Positions 52,450 to 62,829 of a DNA stretch of 64,000 nt are shown here, in pieces. Position 1 is the first letter of the stretch. Each line of letters starts with the position of its first letter. Source of the DNA: Isurus oxyrinchus (Eukaryota); contig JANJGN010000021.1 of NCBI GenBank assembly GCA_026770705.1, positions 90,210,001 to 90,274,000 on the forward strand. The letters are read 5' to 3'. The position numbers and the translations under genes are program-made. The notes under the pieces were generated by a model that saw only the letters and a program-made list of their open reading frames with translations, was not told the DNA's origin and searched no databases.

Positions 52450-53070
52450 GGCACGATTGGCAGGTATTAGATAAAACTAAAATTAAAACAGAAAGTATTA
52501 GGAAAAATCGGAAGGCCTGGCAATATGTGTGGAGAAAATATGCAGGGCCAAGGTTCGAGAATATAAGGCAGCTGCGAGAGCTTGAAATGTATTCAACTTT
52601 ATACTGTTGAAGAGAAGGAATGAAGCATTTGGAGCAAAACAGAAATTCAAGACTAGGTGGGAGCTCAGGGGAGATTTGACAAGGATGAAATGGGTACAAG
52701 TCAAAGAGAGTGCCAATGGTTTTGTTAAAGGCTAAGGCAGGTGCTAAACGTTTCATAAAGTGCAGAAAGCAGAAGATGTTCAAAACAGAACAAAGGCATT
52801 CACTTTCAGAAAGCAAAACAGAAAAACCGGTTACTGTTTGGCCATGTGGCGGGAGTCGTTTGGGGGGGGGGGGGGGGGGAAATCATGATAGTGGACAGAG
52901 TTGATGCTTTGAATTTGTTGAACTCATTGTTAATTGAAGAATGTAAAAGGCCGAATCGGATGATGGTATGTTGCTACATATGTTTTTGAGATTGGAGGAA
53001 AAACACCTCAGCAACACATTTGGACTTTAAAATCTAGCCTTCATTTTGATATTCTTTTCTCAACGACCCT
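52450..53070 (-). mobile_element. Decayed Penelope-like 3' region (end of GIY-YIG and pLTR)
   Basis: Antisense counterpart of 9900-10480 (ttgttgaactcattgtt...ccgaatcggatgatg). Confidence 0.55.
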
Positions 53071-53879
53071 CTCTCCCCAACGCGGCCAATCTGTAAATTG
53101 GCTTACGTGACCAGGCTGGAAGATGAACATTTTTAAACCAAGTATAGCAGATAACTTCGATCGCTCATTGTTTGGGTCAAGTAACCATTATCTTATTCAA
53201 GGTGCCTGCAGCTTCCGAGTCTGGACATCCTGCCTTCCAGCACGTTTTGTGCAGGATGATGGTACATACACCGCCCTTGCCTCTAAGTCACAGCAATTAG
53301 GGTATTATTGGGCACGCATGCCCTGAAGTCAGAATGCCGCCGACTTCCGGGTGCAGAATCCATGGTCAGCGAGGGGCTGTATTATTCAGCCCTTTGTATT
53401 TTTCCTAGCCCAACCCCCCTCCCCGCGGATTCCATGTCCGGCGTGGTCCATAACATCCAGTCTCAGATTAACAGAGAAAAAAAACTTTTCCACCGATGAT
53501 TAAAGTCAACTGAATTTAAACATGCGTAATGACATGCAAGAATGGGAATTGGATCAAGCAAGATAATTCGCCTCTCTTAAAAACTTAAATAAAATTTCAT
53601 GTTCAAAGGTGAATATTAGCAACTGCATAGAAACCGGAATATGACAGCCCCGTTGGATTCGGCGGGAGTAGAGACCCGTCGGAAGGAGGGGCCGTACAAT
53701 GCCCCCTGTGATCTAACCTTTCCGAAATCTGGCCAATGATACATTTTATAAAAAAAAACTTTGGGCCCTCAGCGTCAGAGTTTACATAAAGTGGATCGAA
53801 AGGGAAATAATAAAACGAACAATCTATGTCTTCCAGTTGGGTGAAAATTATTATGTTTTTTCATTTTCTTTATTTCTAG

Positions 53880-53903
53880 AAAGTCAAGCACTGCTAGATT
53901 GTG
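53880..53903 (+). CDS. Microexon 17 (24 nt): ESQALLDC
   Basis: ttttttcattttctttatttctag|AAAGTCAAGCACTGCTAGATTGTG|gtaagg. Confidence 0.78.
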
Positions 53904-54400
53904 GTAAGGGGGACAGCATTTGATTTTTTTTTGTGGGGGGGAGGTGGTGGTGGGGTGTGCGGAGATATTGCAGAGGCCAACACGATGGAAGTATAGTATT
54001 TTTTCACTGAAAGCTAAATATTATATATTCATATCAGTTTCGAAGTCAGAGATAAGAAATTGGAAGTGATTGGCCAGGTTCTGCAACCATATGTCACGTA
54101 GGGCAACAGGTGCGAATTCAAAACTTTGCCAAAATATGAAGATCGCCTGATTATTCACCGCAGTTTAGCCACCTCCGTTTGAAAAATCAATATCCTTAAA
54201 TAACGAGACTAATGAAGACTTTATTTATCGGTTATCATTTGCGTCAGTACGAACCGTTCATGACAAGCAGAAAGAAGCTCTTAGCTTGCGCCACATTATT
54301 CCTATTGATGGTCGTGCTAATATCAGGAGTGTTTTCTTTTCTTCTATTTGCCATTTTCTGCTACTATGAGCCACAATGAGTTTCTGAATTTTGTTTGCAG

Positions 54401-54427
54401 AAAAAAAGCTATGCGCTAAATCATTAG
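54401..54427 (+). CDS. Microexon 18 (27 nt): EKKLCAKSL
   Basis: tttctgaattttgtttgcag|AAAAAAAGCTATGCGCTAAATCATTAG|gtgagt (consensus donor); ExxLxxK class. Confidence 0.82.
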   Translation, partial: KKSYALNH

Positions 54428-55574
54428 GTGAGTTGCTTCTAATTACAAAGCATAAGAACAAAAAAGGGAGAGATGTTAGAAATCATCAAAATATAAATAA
54501 TGTAATGACATATCGGAAAATGGCCATCTACAAGAGCAAATGGAAGTTTTTCATTTTTTTTCAATTGCAATTCTACACAGCAAATTCATCAGGGGTGTTA
54601 TATTCATCTGCAATCGCTAAAACGCAGAGCATCAGTCTTTTGGATCGGCTGGCTCTGCTAAAAGAATTCATGTGAATTTTTTGCATGTAATTAATAAAAT
54701 GGTGGAAACAAACATGAACTGCTAAATCCAGTTAAAATAGCTAGGCAGAATTTCTTAAATGAAGCGACGCATAGAAAGCGATCAGACAGCATGGTTCAGT
54801 GAATTTGATTGCATCATTCATCTAAGTGTGAAATATGTGCAGAATTCCAGAGGTAATAGATGCTTCTAGAAGCTTTTGCTATCGGTATTGATATCTCGGA
54901 CATCCTACATCAACTCACGACTGGGTTGGGTTTCGTTGGGAATGCAGATCATCAAATGCAGCAGCATAGGAAGTCTTTTATCCAATGCGTCCGATTGGCG
55001 TCCTGAGAAAATCAAAAAGCTCGTCAATTCCAGTTCTAGAATAATGCGGCAATATTTTATGTTAGCTCTAAGCAGATGACTGCATCGAAGTGCCAAATTT
55101 TACTGGGCGAACTATGCTTGATAACACATAAATGAAAAAGTCCACACCAATCGTCGCAGTCGGTGTGTATATATTGCACGATTCGCCTCCCAATCTAACA
55201 TTTGCAATGTTCCATGTGTGGCCGTCTGTTCCCTTTTCCTCGCCAAAGCCTTATAATTCTTCAGCTCAACAATGCTATTCACCTGAACGATTAGATATGC
55301 GCCTTCTAGTCTCGATGCCGGATCCAGCCGACAATTGCTCCCCCCTGCCGACTGTAGCTTCTTCCCTCTTGAACGTCAAATCTTTGTGCCACAAAGGACA
55401 TTTGTATTTCAATTACTTGACTCGTAACTTTTTGGACTTATAATTACCATTTTAGGAGAAAGTTGATCACATGCCAGGGATGGTGCACAGATATAGCCAG
55501 CTAATAAGGTTTTGTGAATATTTAAACAATAGAGACGATAATAACTCATTTATGTATGCATTAGATATACATTC

Positions 55575-56200
55575 AGATATTAATGAAAAAAGATGCTGCC
55601 ATCGAAGCTGTTCGTCTTGAGCTCATTAGGACAAATGCAAGAATGCCAAATTTCAAACAAAGACAACAATTAAGGCCGGAGGGGAAATGGATGCTGATTG
55701 GTTGGCAAGTCGACTCTGATTGGCCAAGTGCTTGTAGGCGTCGATAAGTTGCCCAAGTTTTTGACTATTAAAAAACAAGTGCCACCCTTGAATATATCCA
55801 TTTTGAATGCAGAAATTTGTCACTAGTTATGAATGCATGGCGCTCAGAGCAAAGGTAAATGGGTCACATCATGAGCTCGACTGCTTGCCTTAAAATTGTT
55901 GTTATTGCAGCTAGCGGTGCACTCAGTAATGTGGGGCAAAGGATGTCCAATCGTAGAATGGCATCCAGAAGCGGAGGTTTGCAATGGATTTTTCAAGCAG
56001 GGGTTGTTTGCATATGTTCTGCGCTCTGCCCATTACGAGCAACCAAACGAACAGGTGATTGGTTTGATCAACCAATCTCTGGGCCATATGACTAAAACAT
56101 CTAGCATTGCACCTGAAATGATTTTCATACAAAATGTTGCAAAACTTTGTATTCGGCGGAACGTCATTTTGGATTAATGGCATTATCCTGTCAGTAGAAA
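55575..56200 (-). mobile_element. Penelope-like element of a different family (GIY-YIG C-terminus and decayed hammerhead)
   Basis: Minus strand IGHPL..ITECTASCNNNNFKASSRAHDVTHL; decayed ct(a)atgag...cgaa near 55600-55632. Confidence 0.55.
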
Positions 56201-57189
56201 GCAACTATCGTGTAACCATTGCATAGCAGCACCGTGAAAAGGCTTGTTTAGCCTGTTTACATTTGCTTTAAGATAATTTGGCTGTCTATGCTAAAATGCA
56301 GAAGGCGAGGCACTTTTCAGTCCTGAAAATGACGTCCCTTGGCCAATTTTGGAATTTGCTTGATGGACAGCAAACAATAATCGGCGCAGAATAGTCGGTG
56401 TCCCGCTTGACACAGTCAATTCCAGTCTGGTCGAACTTAGCCACACGTGCAAAACCCCAAAACACAATGCCTATTGGTAAAGATGTTTCTGCAATTAGGC
56501 ATGCCTTGCTGAAAAATTCTGAGTGTATCAATAGCTAGACTAACAAGCATTTAAATATGTTATGTCAAACTCGTAACAGCTCATTTTTACTTGCTAGAAG
56601 AGACATGCATCTTTACACAGGAAGCCATTCTCTTTACACAAAAGGCATATGCTGAAACGAGGAACTTTTTGAATTACCAGGCAGCTTGGGGAGCCCCTTA
56701 GTTCCTATTCTCTTTCTCCACTGCAATGCCTTGACCAATAATCGATGATTTGTCAACTAATTAGAACCCTTTTTTTCCTTTGCAGTATGAATTGTGGCGC
56801 TTGTTGGAAATGTTGCATTCTTGTCTTTGTCCCATCAGTGCAAATCAAAGGCCTCGACAACATGTCTCTCTTTTCATCAATATTCATGTAGTGCACTACA
56901 AAGTGGCTGTTTAAAAGTAGATACTTTAGGAGAATATGCAGGATTAAGAAAAAAAAAGTTAATTTTGTCCTGTCCATTCCATGTTGTGATAAAGTTCATT
57001 GCAATTCTCAACTTCATTGTAATTCTTTTCTGACTGAATAGCATGATTATTGTATGAATTTCAATGAACTGCGTAGCTGCGCATTGAAGCATTCAGATTC
57101 TGTTGATCAGGAAATGTTTGAAACAGTTACTTTGCAATATAATGGTTTTGGGATACAAACCGTTTGAAGGGCATAGAGGGTGCAAAATT

Positions 57190-59515
57190 GTAGAACTGCA
57201 TTGAACAGGACTTTCTTAGTCAGCACGCAACAAGAGCAATGAGTGGAGGCAAAGTTCTGGATTTAGTATTCGGAAATGGCGCTGGGCAAGAGAACGATGT
57301 AGCAGTGGGGGACCACTTTGGGGATAGTAACCACCATGCTGTTAGTTTTAGGATCGTTATGGAAAAGGGCAACGACAGGAAAGGCGTAAAAGTTCTAAAT
57401 TTGGCAAATACAAATTTTTCAAAGCTGAGAGGTGAGGTTGCAAGAGAGGCCTGGATTCAGTGTTTAGATAGAAAAACTGCAGCAATTCAATGTGATGCAT
57501 TCAAAGGCAAAATACTAGTGTAAGCATGTGCCAAAAAAGACAATTGGTGGTACTGATAAAGCTTGAGCCTGCGGTTATTCAGAAGCACATATGCCAAGAT
57601 AAATCAGAAAAAAATCTTCTGACAGTCACAAAAGACATAATGTGAAAAGAAATACCGTTTGTTAAAATCAATGAAAATCTTAACATATTTTACCAGTACA
57701 TTAAGACCAAGGCAATAACTAAAGAATGGTTAGGGACATTCACAGATGTACATGGCAACTTGTGTGTTGATGCAAACTATGTGGGCAGCGCTGGTAATGC
57801 CGGCTTTGTCCTTATTTTCACTATGGAGAGGGGTGATGCACATATTCTTGTTAAAGAGGAGCGGTGTGAAATATTAGATATACTAAGCATCGTGAGAGGC
57901 AAAGTATTAGAGAGAGTGGCATCCTTGAGGGTGGTAAGTCACAGGGGTACATAGATTGTATCCCAGGATGTTGAATAAAGCCCGGTGGCAAGTAATGAAT
58001 GCTCTGAGAATCATTTACCAATCCTCACTCACAAAGGCGAAACTGCAGAGGATTGGATGTCAGCAAAATAGTACCATTATTTTTAAAATGTGGAAGGGAT
58101 AGGCCAGAAAATTGTAAACACTCAGTCTGACTACGGTGGTGGGCAAATTATTGGATACAATTGTGACAGACAGGATAAACTGTCACGTAGAAAGACACCA
58201 AATGATCAGGGATAGTCTGATGGTTTTATGAGGGGGAGATCGTGTCTTATCAACTTGATAGAATTTTTAATGAAGTAACAAGGAGGACTGATGAGTATAA
58301 TATAGTAAATGCTGCCTAAATGGATTTCAGTAAGGGTCTTTACAAGGTTCCTCTTGTCGGGCTAGTCAGGAAAGTGAGATCTCATTGGATACAGGGGAAG
58401 GTGGCATGGTGCATCCAAAACTGGCTCAGTGATAGGAACCAAAGGTCAGTGGTTGATGGATGCTTTTGCGAATGCCAAACAATTTCCATTGGTGTTGCAC
58501 AGCGGTCAGTGTCGGGGCGTTTGTTGCTTGATTTATTTATTAATGATTTCGAATTACATGCAGGAGGCATGATTGGGAAATTTGTAGTTGACACAAAAAC
58601 TGGCCATATCGTTGTGAATTTAGCTTGTAGCGGTCAGAATAATATCAATGGTTTGCCTGAGTGGGTGGAGAAGTAGCAAATGGAATTCAATCCAGAAAAG
58701 TGGGAAGTAATGAATTTGGGAAGTGCAATCAAAGCAAAAGTGAATGCTCAATAAACGGGAAGCTATTGAAAGGGGTTGAGGGAGTGAGAGTCCTTCGAGT
58801 GCATGCCCACACTCTATTGAAGGTGGCATGAAAAACGGACAAGGTTTTCACGAAAACAGATGGAACACTTTCCTTTATTGGTTGTGGTATTGAATACAAA
58901 AGCAGATATGTATTGTTGGAACTGTATAAAACGTTGGTTAGGCCACAGTTGGAATTTTGTGTGCAATTCCGGCCACCATATTACAGGAAAGACAGAATTG
59001 CTCTGGGAAGAATGCCGAGGCGATTTACAAGAATGATGCCAGGGCTGGCAAACTGCAGCGCTGAGGAGAGGTTGATGAGCCTAGGGCTTTTTCTTCGCAT
59101 AGAGGAGGCTAAGGGGTGACCTAATTGATGAGTACAAAGTTATGAGGGGCCAAGATAGGGTAGGTAGAGTATACATATTTGCCCCCAGCTGAGGGGCAAA
59201 TTACGAGAGGGCTTAGATTTAAGGTGATCGGTAGATAGATTAAAGGGGAGATGATGAAAAACTTTTTAACCCAGAGCGCGGTGGTCATCTGGAATTCACT
59301 GCCTAGGTTGGTGGTTGAGGCTGAGATGCTCAACTAATTAAAAAGAAATAGTTGGATCTGCATCTGAAGCACTGTACCCGACAGGGATAAGAACTGCATG
59401 CTGGAAGAAAGTGAGACTAAAATGAGTGACTAGTTTTGTTTTTAGCTGGTGCAGACACAATGGGTTGAATAGCCTCTTTCTGCATCGTAACATTTCCATG
59501 GTTCAATGGTTCTAA
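57190..59515 (+). mobile_element. CR1 LINE ORF2 (EN C-terminus to 3' tail), decayed
   Basis: LDLVFGN..VGDHFGDSNH; MDFSKGLYKVP..WIQNWLSDRNQR; LYKTLVRPQLEFCVQF; tail ccatggttcaatggttct. Confidence 0.9.
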
Positions 59516-59842
59516 TGTGCTCCTTGACTATAATTTATATTTAAAGCGGGAAAATACTTATTTGAGCTTCGGGTATATAACCTGCAAAATGTAGCGTTGA
59601 TCATTGTAGTAACGATGGACTCAATAAATCCATTGCATCTAATCATTGACGACTGATTATTGTACAAACGCAGTTGAATGGACGTGGACCATCAGAATAG
59701 ACCTGTGCTTGCGCAGATCAGTGCTGTTAGCGTCTAGATACACTTGTTGTCACTTCAAAAGAGATCTTTTTTTTTCAACTGACTCCAAGGAGCTAACATA
59801 CACGGGATCGGAGGGATCGCCAGGTTTACATCTTCTTGGAGA

Positions 59843-60418
59843 TAAAAGCAAAGAATTGTGGATGCTGGAAAGCCAAAACAAAAACAAAAATATAAATGGA
59901 AGACAAGTGGCAGTCAATTAAACACAGAGATAAAAGCAAAGAGTTGACGGGTCATGAGGACTCGATACATCAACTGTGCTCTTCTCCACCGATGCTGCCA
60001 GACCTGCTGAGTTTTTCCAGGTATTTTTATCTTTGTTTTTGTTTTACATCTTCTCGGGTTTATTTTACATTATCTTCAAGGGCAATGCATAGGTATCGTT
60101 GCTTAAGTAATACTAATATGCTACCACAATTTCACAGTTCAAACAACAGTATCGCCACCTTCAATACCATCTTTGTCCTTATGTCTGTGACATCTTTTGG
60201 TTATCTCCACCTATCTCTGGCCCTCTACCTAGCTCTTCTTGTCCCAACCAACCATTTCCCCCCACCCCCCGCCCTTAAAGCAGCCTATATTTCATCCATT
60301 TTCTATTTTTACTTAGTTCTGTTGAAGGGTCATGAGGACTCGAAAGGTCAACTGTGCTCTTCTCCACTAATGCTGCCAGACCTGCTGAGTTTTCCTAGGT
60401 ATTTCTGTTTTTGCTTTT
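59843..60418 (+). mobile_element. Penelope pLTR cluster: one inverted end followed by two direct pLTR ends
   Basis: - arm 59843-59949; + copies gggtcatgaggactcga...gctgccagacctgctgag at 59949-60041 and 60327-60415; same family as 9117-10484. Confidence 0.8.
60315..60353 (+). ncRNA. Second copy of the variant hammerhead-like motif (CUGUUGA)
   Basis: AGTT-CTGTTGA-A-GGGTC-atgag-GACTC-GAAA-GGTC-AACT. Confidence 0.5.
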
Positions 60419-60565
60419 AACTTCACTGTTATCCCGTTTATGTGTGTGCGTGTACGTTTGTGCATTTGTGTGCAATTCAACACAGTGCGCTTCAATCAAA
60501 TCAAACAGTGGGAAGTTAAATAGAAGACCGATTGCCCACATTTGTTGATTCTCTAGTCACATAAA

Positions 60566-61410
60566 GGCCCAGATCTTTTGCCTCCAGATGGTCGTACCTG
60601 GACGTGCCTCGACAAGTGTGCTGGGGGATCCCTTGGACTCTCCTTGCACTGTCTACATGGGAATTTCTCGAGGAATTTCAAACTCCGCTGAGTCTGAAGC
60701 CCTTGGGATCTCTGATTAAAGGTTGGAGAAATCCGATGTTTCTGACTCATTTAGCACAATGGTTACTCAGGAAAGAATAAAATGCTGAAATCCCATTCAA
60801 CCTCAGAGTTAACTATACTCGTGATCCTCCTCCCTAAAACCGCTGAATCCCCATTGAACATTTGACTAACCCCGTGACTAATTCTCGAATCTTCTACAGC
60901 CACTAACACCCGGCAATCTCGCAATCCTGACTTACCTGCAAACACCCAGATAGCTGAAACGCTCAGCTACCATCCACAACTCGAATACACTACAAACCCT
61001 CTTCAGCACCCACCCCTACTACCATACTACCACGCCTGCCTAGAGCCCACTCCCCTGTCTACAAACGCTACCCACCCCGACTATCCCCACCCCCAACACA
61101 CCCACCACCAGCTTATAACAGCCTACACCTAACCCCCGAATACTTAGCATCCCCGATAAACCCAGACGCTTTACTTAGACTTCGGCACCGCTACTGTCCT
61201 AAAGCCCGACACATCGATTATCACCCACTTCCTTACTACCCCCCTACCACTCCACACTGCCAGCTAATCCTCCGTATCCCACTATAAAAAACATGTCTGT
61301 TATCCCCACAAGCTTACCCAGTTACCCACTGTAGCCCCGCATGTTAGCCATGTACCTTCTGTCACTAGGTGCTAAAACTGGCATTTAAGCAAAGGAACAT
61401 AGAACCTTAT
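60566..61410. repeat. Unclassified interspersed repeat with C/A-rich degenerate minisatellite
   Basis: cccgactatcccc/ccactacc-type units; shares a 37-bp motif with 63166-63202. Confidence 0.55.
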
Positions 61411-61773
61411 CTGTCAACGGCAGCTGGGTGATGATAATAGGGTCCAGGCCTTGCTTCCCCGACGCTGCTGCACTCTGAGAGATGACCGCAAGCAGCAGAT
61501 ATGTACCACATTTCTCAGCAGGCGCGATTCAGTAGTCCCGACAAGAAATGCAGAGCTCACATGTAAGTAAGTAAGAAGGCGCAAATGACTATCTGACAAT
61601 TTTTGCCTGTGCTCGGAAGATTCGAGTCATGATTTCTCAGAGTAATCTACTATTTTTGACCCTTAGGACTTTATTTCTGTGAAACATTTAATGAAATTGC
61701 AGAAAATAGATCAGAATCTGAAATGTTTGCCACGTTGCTATCAAAATACATATTTGTTTTTCTTTAAATTCAG

Positions 61774-61809
61774 AATTAGAAAACGTGAAACGAGATTTGC
61801 AAGTCAAAG
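61774..61809 (+). CDS. Microexon 19 (36 nt): ELENVKRDLQVK
   Basis: tttgtttttctttaaattcag|AATTAGAA...GTCAAAG|gtatgg. Confidence 0.85.
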
Positions 61810-61974
61810 GTATGGAACAAAAAAAAATGAGTAATTCTCATCAAGCTAAATTACAACACCATGCGGTAGATAATGAGTATGAAGTCATGGAATTAATTAC
61901 ACTTTATATTAGCTTGTTTTTGGTAAGGGCTTGGCAATATGCATTAGTACTGCGCTTGCATGAATGTTGTCGTT

Positions 61975-62730
61975 TTTTTTTAATTCTTTCAAGTGACGTG
62001 GGCGCCACTGGCTAGGTGGGCATTATTATTGGCCATCCCGAATTTCCCTTCAGAAGGTAATGGTTTGCCAAATTCTTGAACCACTGCAGTCTGTCTAGTG
62101 TATGTGCACCCACAGTGCTGTTATGAAGGGTATTCCAGGATTTAAACGGAGGGAAAGTGAAAGGAAAGCGATATAATTCTACCTCAGGATTGTTTATGGC
62201 TTAGAGCAGAACTTGTATGTGGTAGTGTTCCCATGCATCTACTCCTCATGTCTTTATTGGTCACACAATTCACGGGTTTAGAATATGCTCGAAGGAGCCA
62301 TGCTGAATTGTTGCAATTTATCTTGCATGTGGTAAACGGAACTATCAGGTGTGCATTACTGGTGGATGGAGTAGATGTTGAAGATGATCGATGGTTTGCA
62401 AATCAGGCATTCTGCTTTGCCCTGGATGGCATCAAGCGTCTTGTGTATTGTTGGCGCTGCATTGATCCAGGCAACTCGAGGGTATTTCATCAATCTTCTG
62501 GCTTGTGCATTGTAAATGGTGGACAGGAACTGGGGAGTCAGAATTCCCAGCCCCTGACATGCTCTTGCAGCTAAACTATTTACATGGTTGTTCCAGTTGA
62601 GGCTCTTGTCAATGGTATGCCCACCATGTTGAGAGTGGAAGACACAGCGATGGTAATGGCGTTGAATGCCACCAAGAGTTGATTATATTTTGTGTTACAG
62701 GAGATGATTATTGTCTCGCATTCATGTGGT
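61975..62730 (-). mobile_element. Second-family LINE 3' part
   Basis: gacgtgggcgccactggctagg...tggccatcccgaatttccctt. Confidence 0.75.
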
Positions 62731-62829
62731 ATGAAAATTAAATAAAATATTGAAATAATATCTTGATTGTTGAACAATTCCCAAAATTCTTCACATAGTT
62801 AGATATCTAATTTCGCTTATTATGCTCTG

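Larger units (their letters stand above)
4098..61809 (+). other. Internal part of a multi-microexon gene encoding a long coiled coil (>=19 exons, 543 nt, ~181 aa); start and end lie outside the window or were not found
   Basis: 19 segments of 15-36 nt, each with a pyrimidine/T-rich AG acceptor and GT donor, all 3n long and phase 1-1. They join into a stop-free frame with a 3-4 hydrophobic repeat and mutual paralogy. Confidence 0.85.

Noticed and set aside
55813-55854. 42-nt AG..GT segment with a good donor (gtaaat)
   Set aside because: Stop codon in phase 1, and it lies inside an antisense Penelope remnant.
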